A stretch of 64,000 nucleotides of DNA, from NCBI GenBank assembly GCA_965662895.1, contig CBFIJH010000002.1, positions 64,001-128,000 on the forward strand, read 5' to 3'. Position numbers and translations under genes: made by a program. Every line of letters begins with the position of its first letter. Position 1 is the stretch's first letter. A model generated the notes under the pieces. That model saw only the letters and a list, made by a program, of their open reading frames with translations. It had not been told where the DNA came from and searched no databases. Source of the DNA: Candidatus Poseidoniaceae archaeon (GTDB lineage Archaea; Thermoplasmatota; Poseidoniia; Poseidoniales; Poseidoniaceae). Of this stretch, positions 27,478-37,107 are shown in pieces.

Positions 27478-28440
27478 TTATTCTTCCTCGGGGCTATAAA
27501 TCGGGGCAGAATTAGAAGACGCTTGATGGGGGCTCTCACGTAATTCAACCAAGATATTGCCAATTAACAAGGCGCCACCGCCAACAGCAATCCAACTTGT
27601 CCATGTCGTCATGCCCAGTCCGAGTGCAAAGATCGTTGCCCAAACAGGCTCGAGGGTGTAAATGATTGCAGCTTGTACGGGATGAAAATAGCGTTGCAAA
27701 AGATTCAACAGCAAGAGAGCGAACAACGAACCAATCAGGCCCAAACAAATCAGAGGAAGAACAACGCCATCCGAGCCCACAACAGCCAATGCATCGATTG
27801 TCGACGACCGGCCAGTTATTATTGTGACCAGAAGGCTACCGAAACCGACAACAAGAAACGACGTGCTTGTCACACCTATTGGACTCATCTGCTTGGTGAT
27901 TTTTTGTGTAAAAAGAATGTGCAAAGCGAAGAAAAATGCGCAAACAACTGTGAGAATCTCCCCAAGGCCCCACGATAAGTGAGGCGGTCCTTCAATAAAC
28001 CCAGCGCCAAAAGTTGCAAGAGCGACGCCAAGAAACATTATCCTGGATACGCTTTGTCCCGTCAGTTTTGTCGTAATCAGTGCTGTAAATACAACATAAA
28101 GCGATGTTAGAAATGCTGATGTTGATGGAGTGATTGAGTCAAGTCCAATCATCTGGGTAATGAAACCTGTCAACAAGATTCCTCCTAATATCGAGCCACC
28201 TTTCCACAGTTGAGGATCTTGAAGTGCGGCTCTAGCCTCTTTTGAGACCAAAACGAGAGCAGTAAATGCAATCAAGAATCGTACACCAACGAGAGCAGCA
28301 ACAACTGGGGTTCGACCATAAGCATCAATTTCTGGTTGGATGGCATTCATCGCTTGTTTCATCCAAATGAAGGTTGCACCCCAAGCCAACGTAACTGCAA
28401 GAAGGCCCAAAGTTGCCTTACGTCGCATGGATGCCTCCAT
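27478..28440 (-). CDS. DMT/EamA family transporter
   Basis: About 10 TM, 'WGATF', 'SAFLTSLYVVF', 'IIYTLEPVWA'. Confidence 0.92.
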   Translation of the reverse strand: MEASMRRKATLGLLAVTLAWGATFIWMKQAMNAIQPEIDAYGRTPVVAALVGVRFLIAFTALVLVSKEARAALQDPQLWKGGSILGGILLTGFITQMIGLDSITPSTSAFLTSLYVVFTALITTKLTGQSVSRIMFLGVALATFGAGFIEGPPHLSWGLGEILTVVCAFFFALHILFTQKITKQMSPIGVTSTSFLVVGFGSLLVTIITGRSSTIDALAVVGSDGVVLPLICLGLIGSLFALLLLNLLQRYFHPVQAAIIYTLEPVWATIFALGLGMTTWTSWIAVGGGALLIGNILVELRESPHQASSNSAPIYSPEEE

Positions 28441-28520
28441 GTCTCACCTCCTTAGTTCATAGTGCATAGTGATGATGGTCGTTCAAGAAGGCTCAAAGAG
28501 GGCCGAGAAGTGGTCCAGCC

Positions 28521-29867
28521 ATGGCGTCATGGGAAGAACCCATCGAGACGGGAGAAGTCCCGGAATCTGGTCGTACATTTGATGCCATCGTCGTAGGCGG
28601 TGGGCCCGGTGGTTGCTCAGCAGCAGGCTATCTTGCAAAGGCTGGAAAGAAGGTGCTGCTCATCGAAAAAGGCGTTTGGCCAAGAGACAAGATATGTGGT
28701 GATGCTGTAGGCGGCAAATCGTTGTCCCATGTTAAGGAACTCGGCGTAAAGGAAACGCTCGAAAGCACACCGCATTTCCGAGTCAATGGTATCTTGTTTT
28801 CAAGTCCAAATGGGAAAGAAGTTCGCGTTCCTCTACCAGAGGAAGATGTTGCAAGGCTCGAAGCAGGTTATGCATTGCCGCGTCAGCAATTTGACCATTT
28901 GTTGTTCAATCAGGTTCAGAAGCTTGTACGAAAAAAGGGTGGCTCCGTTGTTCAAGGCGCATCGGTCAAAGAGGTGTTGTACAACAACGGGGACGATCCA
29001 GGAAAAGGTTCGGGTTCAAAGCGAAACGCATCAGGAGTCCGGTTAACCATCGGTGGAAGAAAGGGTAAATCATTGGAATTTCACGCGCCTGCAATCGTTG
29101 GTGCTGGAGGTTATCTTTGCCCGGTTGCGACATCCGTCGTAGCCGACACATACCAGGAAAAGATGGTCGACAGAAAGCATTACTGTGGCGGATATCGCGA
29201 GTACTGGGACGGTGTGAAGGGTTGCGAAGGGAACATTGGTGACATTGAAATTCACTTCGTTGACACCATCATCCCTGGCTATTTCTGGATTTTTCCAATT
29301 GGTGAAGGCCGAGTCAATGTTGGTTGCGGCATGGTCATGCATTTGATGGACAAGCAATCAAAGAAATTGAAAGCACTACAAAAAGAAATCATTGAAAATC
29401 ATCCGCAATTCAAAGAACGTTTTGCAGATGCAACTTTGGTCAAAGGCAGTTCAAAAGGATGGCAGCTTCCATTCGGATCTCCACGAAAGAAGCAGAAAAT
29501 GCAACCGCGAAGAATGGCGATGAACGGCGCTTGGCTCGTCGGAGATGCGGCGAGTCTTGTCGACCCATTCTCCGGAGAAGGTGTCGGGAATGCGCTTGTG
29601 ACCGGTGAAATTGCGGCTCGACATATTGTCGAGGGAAGAGCGCCAGAAGAATATCAACACGAGGTCTGGGCAACCTTAGGTGCTGAACTGAAAAACAGCT
29701 ACAGGATGCAGTCCTTGAGTCGGAAGTCGTGGCTTCTCAATTGGTTTGTTGGAAAAGCAAGTCGTAAACCAAAGTTGCAAGAAATGATGACCGAGATGAT
29801 TGCAAGCAAAGAAGCACAGGAAAATTTGCATTCGCCATGGTTCATGTTCAAGACCTTGATGTTCTAA
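28521..29867 (+). CDS. Geranylgeranyl reductase family FAD oxidoreductase
   Basis: 'VVGGGPGG', 'PRDKICGD', 'GYFWIFP', 'LVGDAASLVDPFSGEGV'. Confidence 0.92.
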   Translation: MASWEEPIETGEVPESGRTFDAIVVGGGPGGCSAAGYLAKAGKKVLLIEKGVWPRDKICGDAVGGKSLSHVKELGVKETLESTPHFRVNGILFSSPNGKEVRVPLPEEDVARLEAGYALPRQQFDHLLFNQVQKLVRKKGGSVVQGASVKEVLYNNGDDPGKGSGSKRNASGVRLTIGGRKGKSLEFHAPAIVGAGGYLCPVATSVVADTYQEKMVDRKHYCGGYREYWDGVKGCEGNIGDIEIHFVDTIIPGYFWIFPIGEGRVNVGCGMVMHLMDKQSKKLKALQKEIIENHPQFKERFADATLVKGSSKGWQLPFGSPRKKQKMQPRRMAMNGAWLVGDAASLVDPFSGEGVGNALVTGEIAARHIVEGRAPEEYQHEVWATLGAELKNSYRMQSLSRKSWLLNWFVGKASRKPKLQEMMTEMIASKEAQENLHSPWFMFKTLMF

Positions 29868-29876
29868 GACAGGAAC

Positions 29877-30665
29877 ATGGGGCCTGCGCTTGACGGTATC
29901 AAAGCGATTTTTCTCGATCTTGATGGAACGATTTACCTTGGTGGCGAATTAATTGAAGGAGCCCTTGATTTTCTTAACCGCTGTGATGAGCGAGGCGTGA
30001 AACGGTTCTTCCTCTCGAACAACTCTTCCAGAAGTGTCGAGCAATACGTTGAGAAGTTGGAACAAATGGGGATTCCCGCTACTGCAGATGATGTTCTGTT
30101 GTCAACACACGATTGCATTGCCTGGCTACAGGGACAAAACGTAACTCAAACCTATTGCGTAGGAACAGCGGGAATGTGCCAAATGCTTGAGAATGCAGGA
30201 ATCGCAACACGGTCTTCAGAACCCCAATACGTTGTACTTGGTTACGATACTGAAACGACGTACGAACGGCTCGAAACAGCGAGCCTCTACCTTCACGCTG
30301 GAGTCCCATTAATGGCGTCCCACCCGGACATGGTTTGCCCATCGCCTCATGGTGGGCTTCCTGATGTTGGAGCTTTCCTCGCCCTGTTCAAAGCAACAAC
30401 AGGCGTCGAACCAATCCACATCTCTGGCAAACCGAATGCTGGAATGATTCTGCACAAAATCGAAGCCTTAGGGCTAAAACCGGAAGATTGCGCAATGGTT
30501 GGTGATCGTCTGTACACAGACATTGCAATGGCAAGTCGAGCCAACTGCGCAGGCATCTTGGTCCTCTCAGGCGAAGCAACTGAAGCAGATGTGGCTGCTT
30601 TACCAAAAGAAGCTGAACAACAACCCACGCTCGTTGTTCCCTCAGTTGACGCGCTGTTTAGGTGA
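29877..30665 (+). CDS. HAD-IIA (NagD-like) phosphatase
   Basis: 'FLDLDGTIY', 'LSNNSSR', 'GKP', 'MVGDRLYTDI'. Confidence 0.95.
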   Translation: MGPALDGIKAIFLDLDGTIYLGGELIEGALDFLNRCDERGVKRFFLSNNSSRSVEQYVEKLEQMGIPATADDVLLSTHDCIAWLQGQNVTQTYCVGTAGMCQMLENAGIATRSSEPQYVVLGYDTETTYERLETASLYLHAGVPLMASHPDMVCPSPHGGLPDVGAFLALFKATTGVEPIHISGKPNAGMILHKIEALGLKPEDCAMVGDRLYTDIAMASRANCAGILVLSGEATEADVAALPKEAEQQPTLVVPSVDALFR

Positions 30666-30669
30666 TGAA

Positions 30670-31566
30670 TTGGGATTGAAACAACGTTGGCAACTCTGGC
30701 GGAAACGGCGAGTTGTCTTTCCTCCAGATGAAATCCATCAGGCTGGAGAAAATGCTGAATTGCGACTTGAGAAGCTTTGCAGGGCTGCGGGGAAAGCAAA
30801 ACAGTGGTCCGTTTATCCATCCGTACGCATACCTGATCCAGACGGTGGGCGACGTGAAATCGATTTGATTCTCGTTTCGGGCACAACCGTCCTCGTTGTT
30901 GAGCAAAAACACTGGTCAGGTCGGTTTGAGGTGTTTGAAGACGGGGAGTTTCTCCAACACCGAAACAAAGGTGGTGAGCACAGCCATGCGACAGTCGCCC
31001 ATCGAATTGCTCGAAAAGCAAGGCTCCTTGAGGAAATCCATCGAAAACGATTTCCTGACAATCAAATGGCATTTCATGTTCTTGTTGCAATGACGCATCC
31101 AAGGCTGGAGTGGCCTGAAAAAATTCCTGAGATTCCTGCTGAAATGATCAATGAGGGACAACTTCTCGATCGTATACAATCAACTGGAGGAGAAGAAATC
31201 AGCCCCGATTTTTTTGAAACGATGGATGGATTCGGAACATGGGATGAGGTTCATTTGTATGGTGGCCTCAAACTCAAAGGTGATCTTCTCGACCTAGGTT
31301 TAGGTTCGGGTGTTGAAGAATGGGACGTTCATCGCAGCGGGGAATTGAGGGCCACTGTTGACCATCCTCGTGGTTTCTTTTCCATCTTCAAAGATACGCC
31401 CAGTCAGATTACACTGAACGATTCAAATGGCCGGCACATCGAAATCAAGTGCAAGGATGGTCCGAAATTGAAAATGCATGTTGTTGGTCGAACCAATTCT
31501 GAAGAGGTTGATTGGATGCAAGTTGTTGGTATTCTCGCTTCAAAGAAACCTGCGGAGTGGGGATGA
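30670..31566 (+). CDS. NERD (nuclease-related) domain protein
   Basis: 'GENAE', 'REIDLIL...VVEQKHWSG' NERD motif; start uncertain (TTG 30670). Confidence 0.8.
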   Translation: MGLKQRWQLWRKRRVVFPPDEIHQAGENAELRLEKLCRAAGKAKQWSVYPSVRIPDPDGGRREIDLILVSGTTVLVVEQKHWSGRFEVFEDGEFLQHRNKGGEHSHATVAHRIARKARLLEEIHRKRFPDNQMAFHVLVAMTHPRLEWPEKIPEIPAEMINEGQLLDRIQSTGGEEISPDFFETMDGFGTWDEVHLYGGLKLKGDLLDLGLGSGVEEWDVHRSGELRATVDHPRGFFSIFKDTPSQITLNDSNGRHIEIKCKDGPKLKMHVVGRTNSEEVDWMQVVGILASKKPAEWG

Positions 31567-31874
31567 TGGCGGAATTTTGGATTGAATCCATCGGGCTTGT
31601 CGCCGGTTTCATTGGCATCGTCGCTTGGATACCGCAAATTCGACGTGTTTGGATTGACGAGAAGGAAGAAGGAATCTCTCTTCCAACATTCATCGCCGTA
31701 ACGGCTTCACTCTCACTGTGGCTTGTTTATGGAATCATCGTCAATTCCATTGCGATGATCGTATCAAACATCTTGACCCTTGCGTTCATCATTGCAGTAA
31801 CGCTCGGCGTGTATCGCATTCGGAACAAAGCGTCTGAGGATGAATTCAACAAACCGACTTCGTCGTCTCAATAA
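31563..31874 (+). CDS. SemiSWEET/PQ-loop small transporter
   Basis: 3 TM, 'WIPQI', 'GISL', 'LWLVYG', 'IVSN'. Confidence 0.85.
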   Translation: MMAEFWIESIGLVAGFIGIVAWIPQIRRVWIDEKEEGISLPTFIAVTASLSLWLVYGIIVNSIAMIVSNILTLAFIIAVTLGVYRIRNKASEDEFNKPTSSSQ

Positions 31875-32856
31875 TCACTGCACCAATCTTGTAAGGGTCA
31901 CCGTTGGAAGCCGGTCGTCGATCTTCAAGACGGCCTACCCAACCATCGGTCGGGACAGATGCTGGAACGCGAATTGATGCACCACGGTCGGAGACGCCGT
32001 AAGAGAATTGATCAATCGCTTGTGTCTCATGCAGTCCAGTCAAACGTTCTTCGTTGTGAGCACCGTAAACAGACATGTGCTTCTCGATGTTTCGGCCAAA
32101 GGCTTCACAGATACTGTCAAACAATTCCTTGCCGCCCGTGTCGCGCATGGCCCCATTGGAGAAATTGGCGTGCATTCCTGAACCGTTCCAGTCGCCCTTG
32201 ATCGGCTTTGGATGGTATTCGATGTAGTAACCGTAACTTTCGGTCAATCGGTCAAGCAAATAGCGGGCAACCCACAATTCGTCACCAGCTTGCTTTGCAC
32301 CCTTAGCAAAAATTTGGAACTCCCACTGGCCGCAGGCAACTTCTTGGTTGATTCCTTCGAAGTTGAGTCCAGCCTCAAGACAGAGATCAGCGTGCTCTTC
32401 AACAAGTGATCGGCCGTGTGTATTCTTTCCACCAACGGAACAGTAGTAGAGTCCTTGCGGGCCTGGGTAACCGCCAACTGGGAAACCAAGAGGTAATTGT
32501 GTGTCGACATCCATGATGAAGTATTCTTGTTCAAATCCGAACCAGAAATCATCGTCATCGTCATCGATGGTTGCTCGGCCGTTGCTTGGATGAGGTGTGC
32601 CATCTGGGTTGAGAACCTCGCACATGACAAGGTATCCATTGACGCGCTGCGGATCGGGGAAAATGTTCACAGGTTTGAGAAGACAGTCGGATGAACTGCC
32701 GTCTGCTTGCTTGGTTGAAGAACCATCAAACATCCAAATCGGACATTCTTCCAACGTTCCAGTAAAATTCGAACGAACCATTGTTTTGCTACGCATGTTT
32801 TGCGTTGGTTCGTATCCATCTAGCCAAATATACTCAAGTTTTGCTTTATCACTCAT
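31846..32856 (-). CDS. glnII: Glutamine synthetase type II
   Basis: 336 aa; 'LEYIWLDG', 'FDGSST', 'FGFEQEY', 'GINQEV..GQWEFQ', 'HPKPIKGDWNGSGMH', 'RLTGLHET', 'EDRRPASN'. Confidence 0.93.
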   Translation of the reverse strand: MSDKAKLEYIWLDGYEPTQNMRSKTMVRSNFTGTLEECPIWMFDGSSTKQADGSSSDCLLKPVNIFPDPQRVNGYLVMCEVLNPDGTPHPSNGRATIDDDDDDFWFGFEQEYFIMDVDTQLPLGFPVGGYPGPQGLYYCSVGGKNTHGRSLVEEHADLCLEAGLNFEGINQEVACGQWEFQIFAKGAKQAGDELWVARYLLDRLTESYGYYIEYHPKPIKGDWNGSGMHANFSNGAMRDTGGKELFDSICEAFGRNIEKHMSVYGAHNEERLTGLHETQAIDQFSYGVSDRGASIRVPASVPTDGWVGRLEDRRPASNGDPYKIGAVIIETTKSVC

Positions 32857-33064
32857 GGTATCAAATGACCCGCTGTGAGGGCGGTATATGAACCATTTGC
32901 CTATTATTTTTGGAATTAAGTGTGATTAATGAGCAATAATACACCTTTCATCTCATCAAACGATTAATTACTTAGTTTGAAATGTATTCCGATTTGTCCG
33001 AATGCGCGAAAAAATACCCGAAAACTAGCAAATGACCAAAAGGTGAAAATTGCGAAGCATTAGG

Positions 33065-34882
33065 TCACTGATTGTTCGCCGCTTCTTCGGATTGGGGTGT
33101 GATGAGAACATCATCCGAAAAACGTTCAATGATTGGTAATTCTGCAACAGATAAGGAAGGTAAGACGTGAACTGTGCACGTGTTACCACATGCTGGAGCG
33201 AGATAGTCTTCGCCTTGATCGGTAAGGACAAATCGAATACCATGTCCTGCTGGGAGGAGCGCGTCAATGGCTTGAAACTCCATGAGCATGGTGATCTCTT
33301 GACCTGGCACAACGGTTTGGGCATCGTATCCGCCAGCATGGTAACGCACATCCATCGTAGCGTGGCCGAGGCGCAGTCCCGTCTCAGCATCTTGCATTTC
33401 GACAAAGATTTGCCCTCCATCAAAGGTTGGTACTGCAGAAAGATGGATGGTCGCTAAGCCTGCAATGTGGAGATTGTTCGTTTCACTCAATGCTGAACAA
33501 TCCACTGTCAAAGATTGGCCACCGCCCACGACAGGTGCACCACCGCCGACGAACGCTCCGTCGTTTGTGCAATCGCCTAAATCGAGTTGAAGGCGTTCAA
33601 CGTCGGCCGGTGGCCATGTCTCCTCAATCCTCCACTGGCCGTCATTACGCTGGATTTGGGCATGCAGAGCTGGCTTTTCTCCAATACCTTTCAGATAATA
33701 TTCCATCCATTCGAAGAGTTCTTGCCCCCAATCCCATCGAGTCATATTCTGTATGGCTTCACCGCCATAACCGGATGCCTGTGCGTTGTGTTTTGTCCAT
33801 TGATCAGGATAGTTGTGCTCCCATTGCCCAATCATTCCAGCAACGTCGTACCCATTATCGATGTATTCCTGATACCAATTGACACCTGGTGGACCACCGA
33901 AGACCATATGAGGGTCAACGTTCCAATCTTGAAGGCCTTGAACCCAGTAGATACTTCCGTTGTACTTTCCAAGTGCTTTGTCGATGTGACTTCGTTCGTC
34001 GTAATAATTGTCCATGTATAGGTCGGCCTCTCCTAGACCGTAGCGGGTAGGTCCGGCAAGGAACCCTTCAACGACATCCCCGCATAAATTATCCAAATCA
34101 TCGTTGTCATAATCGAGAATTGACCCGCCATAGTTTGAGTGCATCACTTGGCTTCGGGCTTCTGCGCTACCGTTCTTGTAGAGCAATGGACCAAGAGCAG
34201 TTGTACCTGAAATGGGGACGATGGTTTTCAGGTACTGACTACCTTGAGCAGCAGCCTCCCATGCCGTTGCCCCTTCGTAGGATTTGCCGTAAATCGCAAC
34301 ATGTCCATTGCTCCAATTCTGGGTTCCAAGCCACTCCACCGCCATGTGAATGCCAAGCCCTTCACCATCACCTCGATAGTCAAAACAGCCTGTGCTCTCT
34401 TCGGTTGCGAACACAGCTACTTGTGCGAGAGCGTAACCGTGAGGTACGAAATTCTCGTAGATGAATTCACCACGACCAGCACTAACCACGTTGGTTGGTG
34501 ACGATTGGCTTCCAGGTGAACCATAATCGAAATATGGACTCACGACTGCAATGACTGGGACTTGCTCGCCTTCTTCTGTGTTCGATGGCAACCAATACGA
34601 GAGGTGCACTTCAGCTGTGTTTGGACCTCCTTCCCATGTGCCCGACGTATCAACCTCGATGTTCACTTCTTGAACAGGGAGTGGTTCGTATGGCCCATCT
34701 TCCAGTACCCGCGAATAGGAGCCTGTCCAATTCCATTCGAGCGTGTGCCGGTCATAGACGTCTGGATACGTTTCCGACGTCTGTGTTTCGAATGCGGATG
34801 TTGCATTTCCAAAACATCCAGAGAGCGTCATGCTCAGCATCATTGCAACGAGAAGGACGGCCAATCCACCTTTTCTCGCCAT
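33065..34882 (-). CDS. CocE/NonD (S15 X-Pro dipeptidyl peptidase-like) lipoprotein hydrolase
   Basis: Lipobox 'LSGC'; 'WSNGHVAIYGKSYEG' nucleophile; 'QGLQDWNV'; PepX-type C-terminal domain. Confidence 0.9.
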   Translation of the reverse strand: MARKGGLAVLLVAMMLSMTLSGCFGNATSAFETQTSETYPDVYDRHTLEWNWTGSYSRVLEDGPYEPLPVQEVNIEVDTSGTWEGGPNTAEVHLSYWLPSNTEEGEQVPVIAVVSPYFDYGSPGSQSSPTNVVSAGRGEFIYENFVPHGYALAQVAVFATEESTGCFDYRGDGEGLGIHMAVEWLGTQNWSNGHVAIYGKSYEGATAWEAAAQGSQYLKTIVPISGTTALGPLLYKNGSAEARSQVMHSNYGGSILDYDNDDLDNLCGDVVEGFLAGPTRYGLGEADLYMDNYYDERSHIDKALGKYNGSIYWVQGLQDWNVDPHMVFGGPPGVNWYQEYIDNGYDVAGMIGQWEHNYPDQWTKHNAQASGYGGEAIQNMTRWDWGQELFEWMEYYLKGIGEKPALHAQIQRNDGQWRIEETWPPADVERLQLDLGDCTNDGAFVGGGAPVVGGGQSLTVDCSALSETNNLHIAGLATIHLSAVPTFDGGQIFVEMQDAETGLRLGHATMDVRYHAGGYDAQTVVPGQEITMLMEFQAIDALLPAGHGIRFVLTDQGEDYLAPACGNTCTVHVLPSLSVAELPIIERFSDDVLITPQSEEAANNQ

Positions 34883-34950
34883 GTTCCTCCCTAGTCGATG
34901 TGACATAAACGGTTTGCGTCTTTTCCGCAAACTATGATTGATAGCAATGC

Positions 34951-35757
34951 TTGGAGATGAACATGGAGGCAAGTGAAGCATGGGGCGTTCGCTGGGAAGC
35001 CTCAACATTACCAATGGCAAAAACCTTCATGGAAGTTGCTTGTCGCAAACAGAGTCTGGTCTGTCTCGCTGCCGATCGATACACAATGGCTGAATTATTC
35101 GAGTTGCTTGAATCCGTGGGTGGTTCCATTGCAGCATTGAAGACCCATGTCGACCTCATTGACGACTGGAATGAGAATGATTGGGGGCGCTTCTGCGCAC
35201 GTGCGCAAGAAATGGACCTCCTTATCTTTGAAGACCGTAAATTTGCAGATATTGGTAAAATTTCTCGAAGGCAAATGGGCGGAATTTACAACATCAAGGA
35301 ATGGAGTGATCTCGTCACAGCCCATCTCATCAGCGGCCCGGATATCGTAGATGGTTTGCAAGCGGCGTGGGACGACGCTTCGAGGATGGGTGGTGTTTTG
35401 TTGCTCGCACAAATGTCCAGTCGTGGAAACCTTCTCAATCCTGAATACACTTCTACGGTTGTCGAGGCAGGACGGGTCCATCCGGGAGTGTTTGGATTCA
35501 TTGGGAATGGATCAAATCCTGATTCTGTTCGCGAACTGCGCTCTTTGATCGGTGATGAAAAGATGATTTGGACACCCGGCGTCAATCTCGCAACCGGTGA
35601 CGGAGAGATGGGTCAACGATATGGTGATCCATACGAAGCTGTTCTTGCAGGTTCTGACTGTATAATTGTAGGATCTGGTATTCACAGCGCAGAGGATCCT
35701 GCATCAGCAGCCGCTGCCTATGCTGAACGGTCATGGAAAGCATTGCTGGAGCGATAA
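34951..35757 (+). CDS. pyrF: Orotidine 5'-phosphate decarboxylase
   Basis: 'LKTHVD', 'IFEDRKFADIG', 'LLLAQMSS', 'TPGV', 'GQRY', 'IIVGSGI'; start may be 34957/34963. Confidence 0.95.
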   Translation: MEMNMEASEAWGVRWEASTLPMAKTFMEVACRKQSLVCLAADRYTMAELFELLESVGGSIAALKTHVDLIDDWNENDWGRFCARAQEMDLLIFEDRKFADIGKISRRQMGGIYNIKEWSDLVTAHLISGPDIVDGLQAAWDDASRMGGVLLLAQMSSRGNLLNPEYTSTVVEAGRVHPGVFGFIGNGSNPDSVRELRSLIGDEKMIWTPGVNLATGDGEMGQRYGDPYEAVLAGSDCIIVGSGIHSAEDPASAAAAYAERSWKALLER

Positions 35758-36020
35758 TGATGCAAGTCTTGCTCGTTCTTATTGGACTTCTTCTCTTTGT
35801 GGGAGTGTTGGGCCTCTTATACTGGGGCTATTGGAACGCCCGGAAATTGGATCAGCAAATTCTTCGAGGCGACCCCTCTTTGTTGACAACAAACACATAC
35901 AAGCGCGAAGAAGTCATTCAAGCCCCGCAAGGCTCGACAATCATGGAGGGGCAAATCGTCCCGGTTCCAGGCCAGTACATCCAAGCCATCCAAATCCAGC
36001 AAACAAGATTACAGGAATGA
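35757..36020 (+). CDS. Small single-TM hypothetical protein
   Basis: Start overlaps the pyrF stop (TAATG); N-terminal TM. Confidence 0.6.
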   Translation: MMQVLLVLIGLLLFVGVLGLLYWGYWNARKLDQQILRGDPSLLTTNTYKREEVIQAPQGSTIMEGQIVPVPGQYIQAIQIQQTRLQE

Positions 36021-36674
36021 GTCAAGATACCCTTGTTGGTAGGCGGCTCCAGCACCGGCCAGAATAACGAGAACTACGACAAAGAGTCCTGTCCACTTTT
36101 TTCTTGGCCGTGAAGATGGAGGGGTGGCTGGCACAATCAAGGGTACCTCAGCAAGTGGCGGAAGTGATTCCAATGGAGGCAATTCTTCAACAGGTGGAAG
36201 TTCAATCTGAATAGGTTGGGGTTTGATTCGATCTTCTGGGTACAATTCATCCAGGTCTTCGAGACCTGGTGCCTCTGGAATATCGCCAAGAACTTGATCC
36301 CATATTTCGTCAAGTTGGGTCTGACTGACTGGTTTGGTAAGCCAGCCAACTGCACCAGCAGAGTATGTTGCATGAACAGCTAATTCTGAAAGTCGATTTG
36401 GTGCGATGAAAAGTATTCTTGAGTCACCTCCATGCTCACGCATCTCGAGTGCTGCAAGGTGGCCGTCAAGGGAAGGAATGTCCAAGGACATAACTACAAG
36501 TTCCGGATCCAGTTTGATGTATTCATCAACTGCGAGGTCGCCATCTTCACAGACTTGAATGGCGAAACCGCGCTTTCGAAACACTTCACGTAGACGCATA
36601 ATGGACATCTGGTTGTTGTCAACAATCAACACCGTCGGTGCTTCATCGGAAGAAACTTCACTGACGTACGACAT
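36009..36674 (-). CDS. Atypical CheY-like receiver domain protein with Pro-rich linker and C-terminal TM anchor
   Basis: 'VLIVDNN', 'PELVVMSLDIPSLDG', 'AGAVGWLTKPV'; TM 'GLFVVVLVILAGAGAAY'. Confidence 0.85.
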   Translation of the reverse strand: MSYVSEVSSDEAPTVLIVDNNQMSIMRLREVFRKRGFAIQVCEDGDLAVDEYIKLDPELVVMSLDIPSLDGHLAALEMREHGGDSRILFIAPNRLSELAVHATYSAGAVGWLTKPVSQTQLDEIWDQVLGDIPEAPGLEDLDELYPEDRIKPQPIQIELPPVEELPPLESLPPLAEVPLIVPATPPSSRPRKKWTGLFVVVLVILAGAGAAYQQGYLDSFL

Positions 36675-36739
36675 CGCGACCGTTTGTCCTGATTCGACTC
36701 TTGCTCATCAATGAACCGATGAAATGATTGCGTTTCACC

Positions 36740-37096
36740 TTATTCTTCACTCGAAAGGTCTTCGACGGGTGCTTCCCTCGGATTTTCAAACGTTTGCCGT
36801 ACGTTTTCCATATTCGCTTCTTCTTCTTCCATTCGCTTTTTTCGTTTCGGAGCCTGCATAAACTGCATTTGCAATTCGCTTATGACCCCTTTGAGCATTG
36901 CTTCTGCGGATGCATCAAGGTTGCCCTGTGTTTTGTTTTGAAGCATGCGAAGAATGTCAATGATGTCTCGCGCCTCTGAAAAATTGAATTGTAAGCCTCC
37001 TGCGGGATGTTCCAACAGACCAAGATTGGCCATTGCAGACCGTTGAAACATATGAACGACTGTAAAAAACGTCTCCGTCTCTTTATCTTCAAACAT
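36740..37096 (-). CDS. DUF1844 domain protein
   Basis: 'AMANLGLLEHP...ARDIIDILRMLQNKTQGNL...L..ISELQMQF'. Confidence 0.8.
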   Translation of the reverse strand: MFEDKETETFFTVVHMFQRSAMANLGLLEHPAGGLQFNFSEARDIIDILRMLQNKTQGNLDASAEAMLKGVISELQMQFMQAPKRKKRMEEEEANMENVRQTFENPREAPVEDLSSEE

Positions 37097-37107
37097 TCAA
37101 AATCTCC

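Noticed and set aside
30499-30669. Upstream extension of the NERD ORF or a possible frameshift fusion with the HAD gene
   Set aside because: The HAD gene is complete with its own stop; the extension is simply an open alternative frame and no slippery site is seen.
30670-31566. NERD protein as part of a defence island
   Set aside because: Flanked by metabolic and transport genes; no helicase, methylase or toxin partner.
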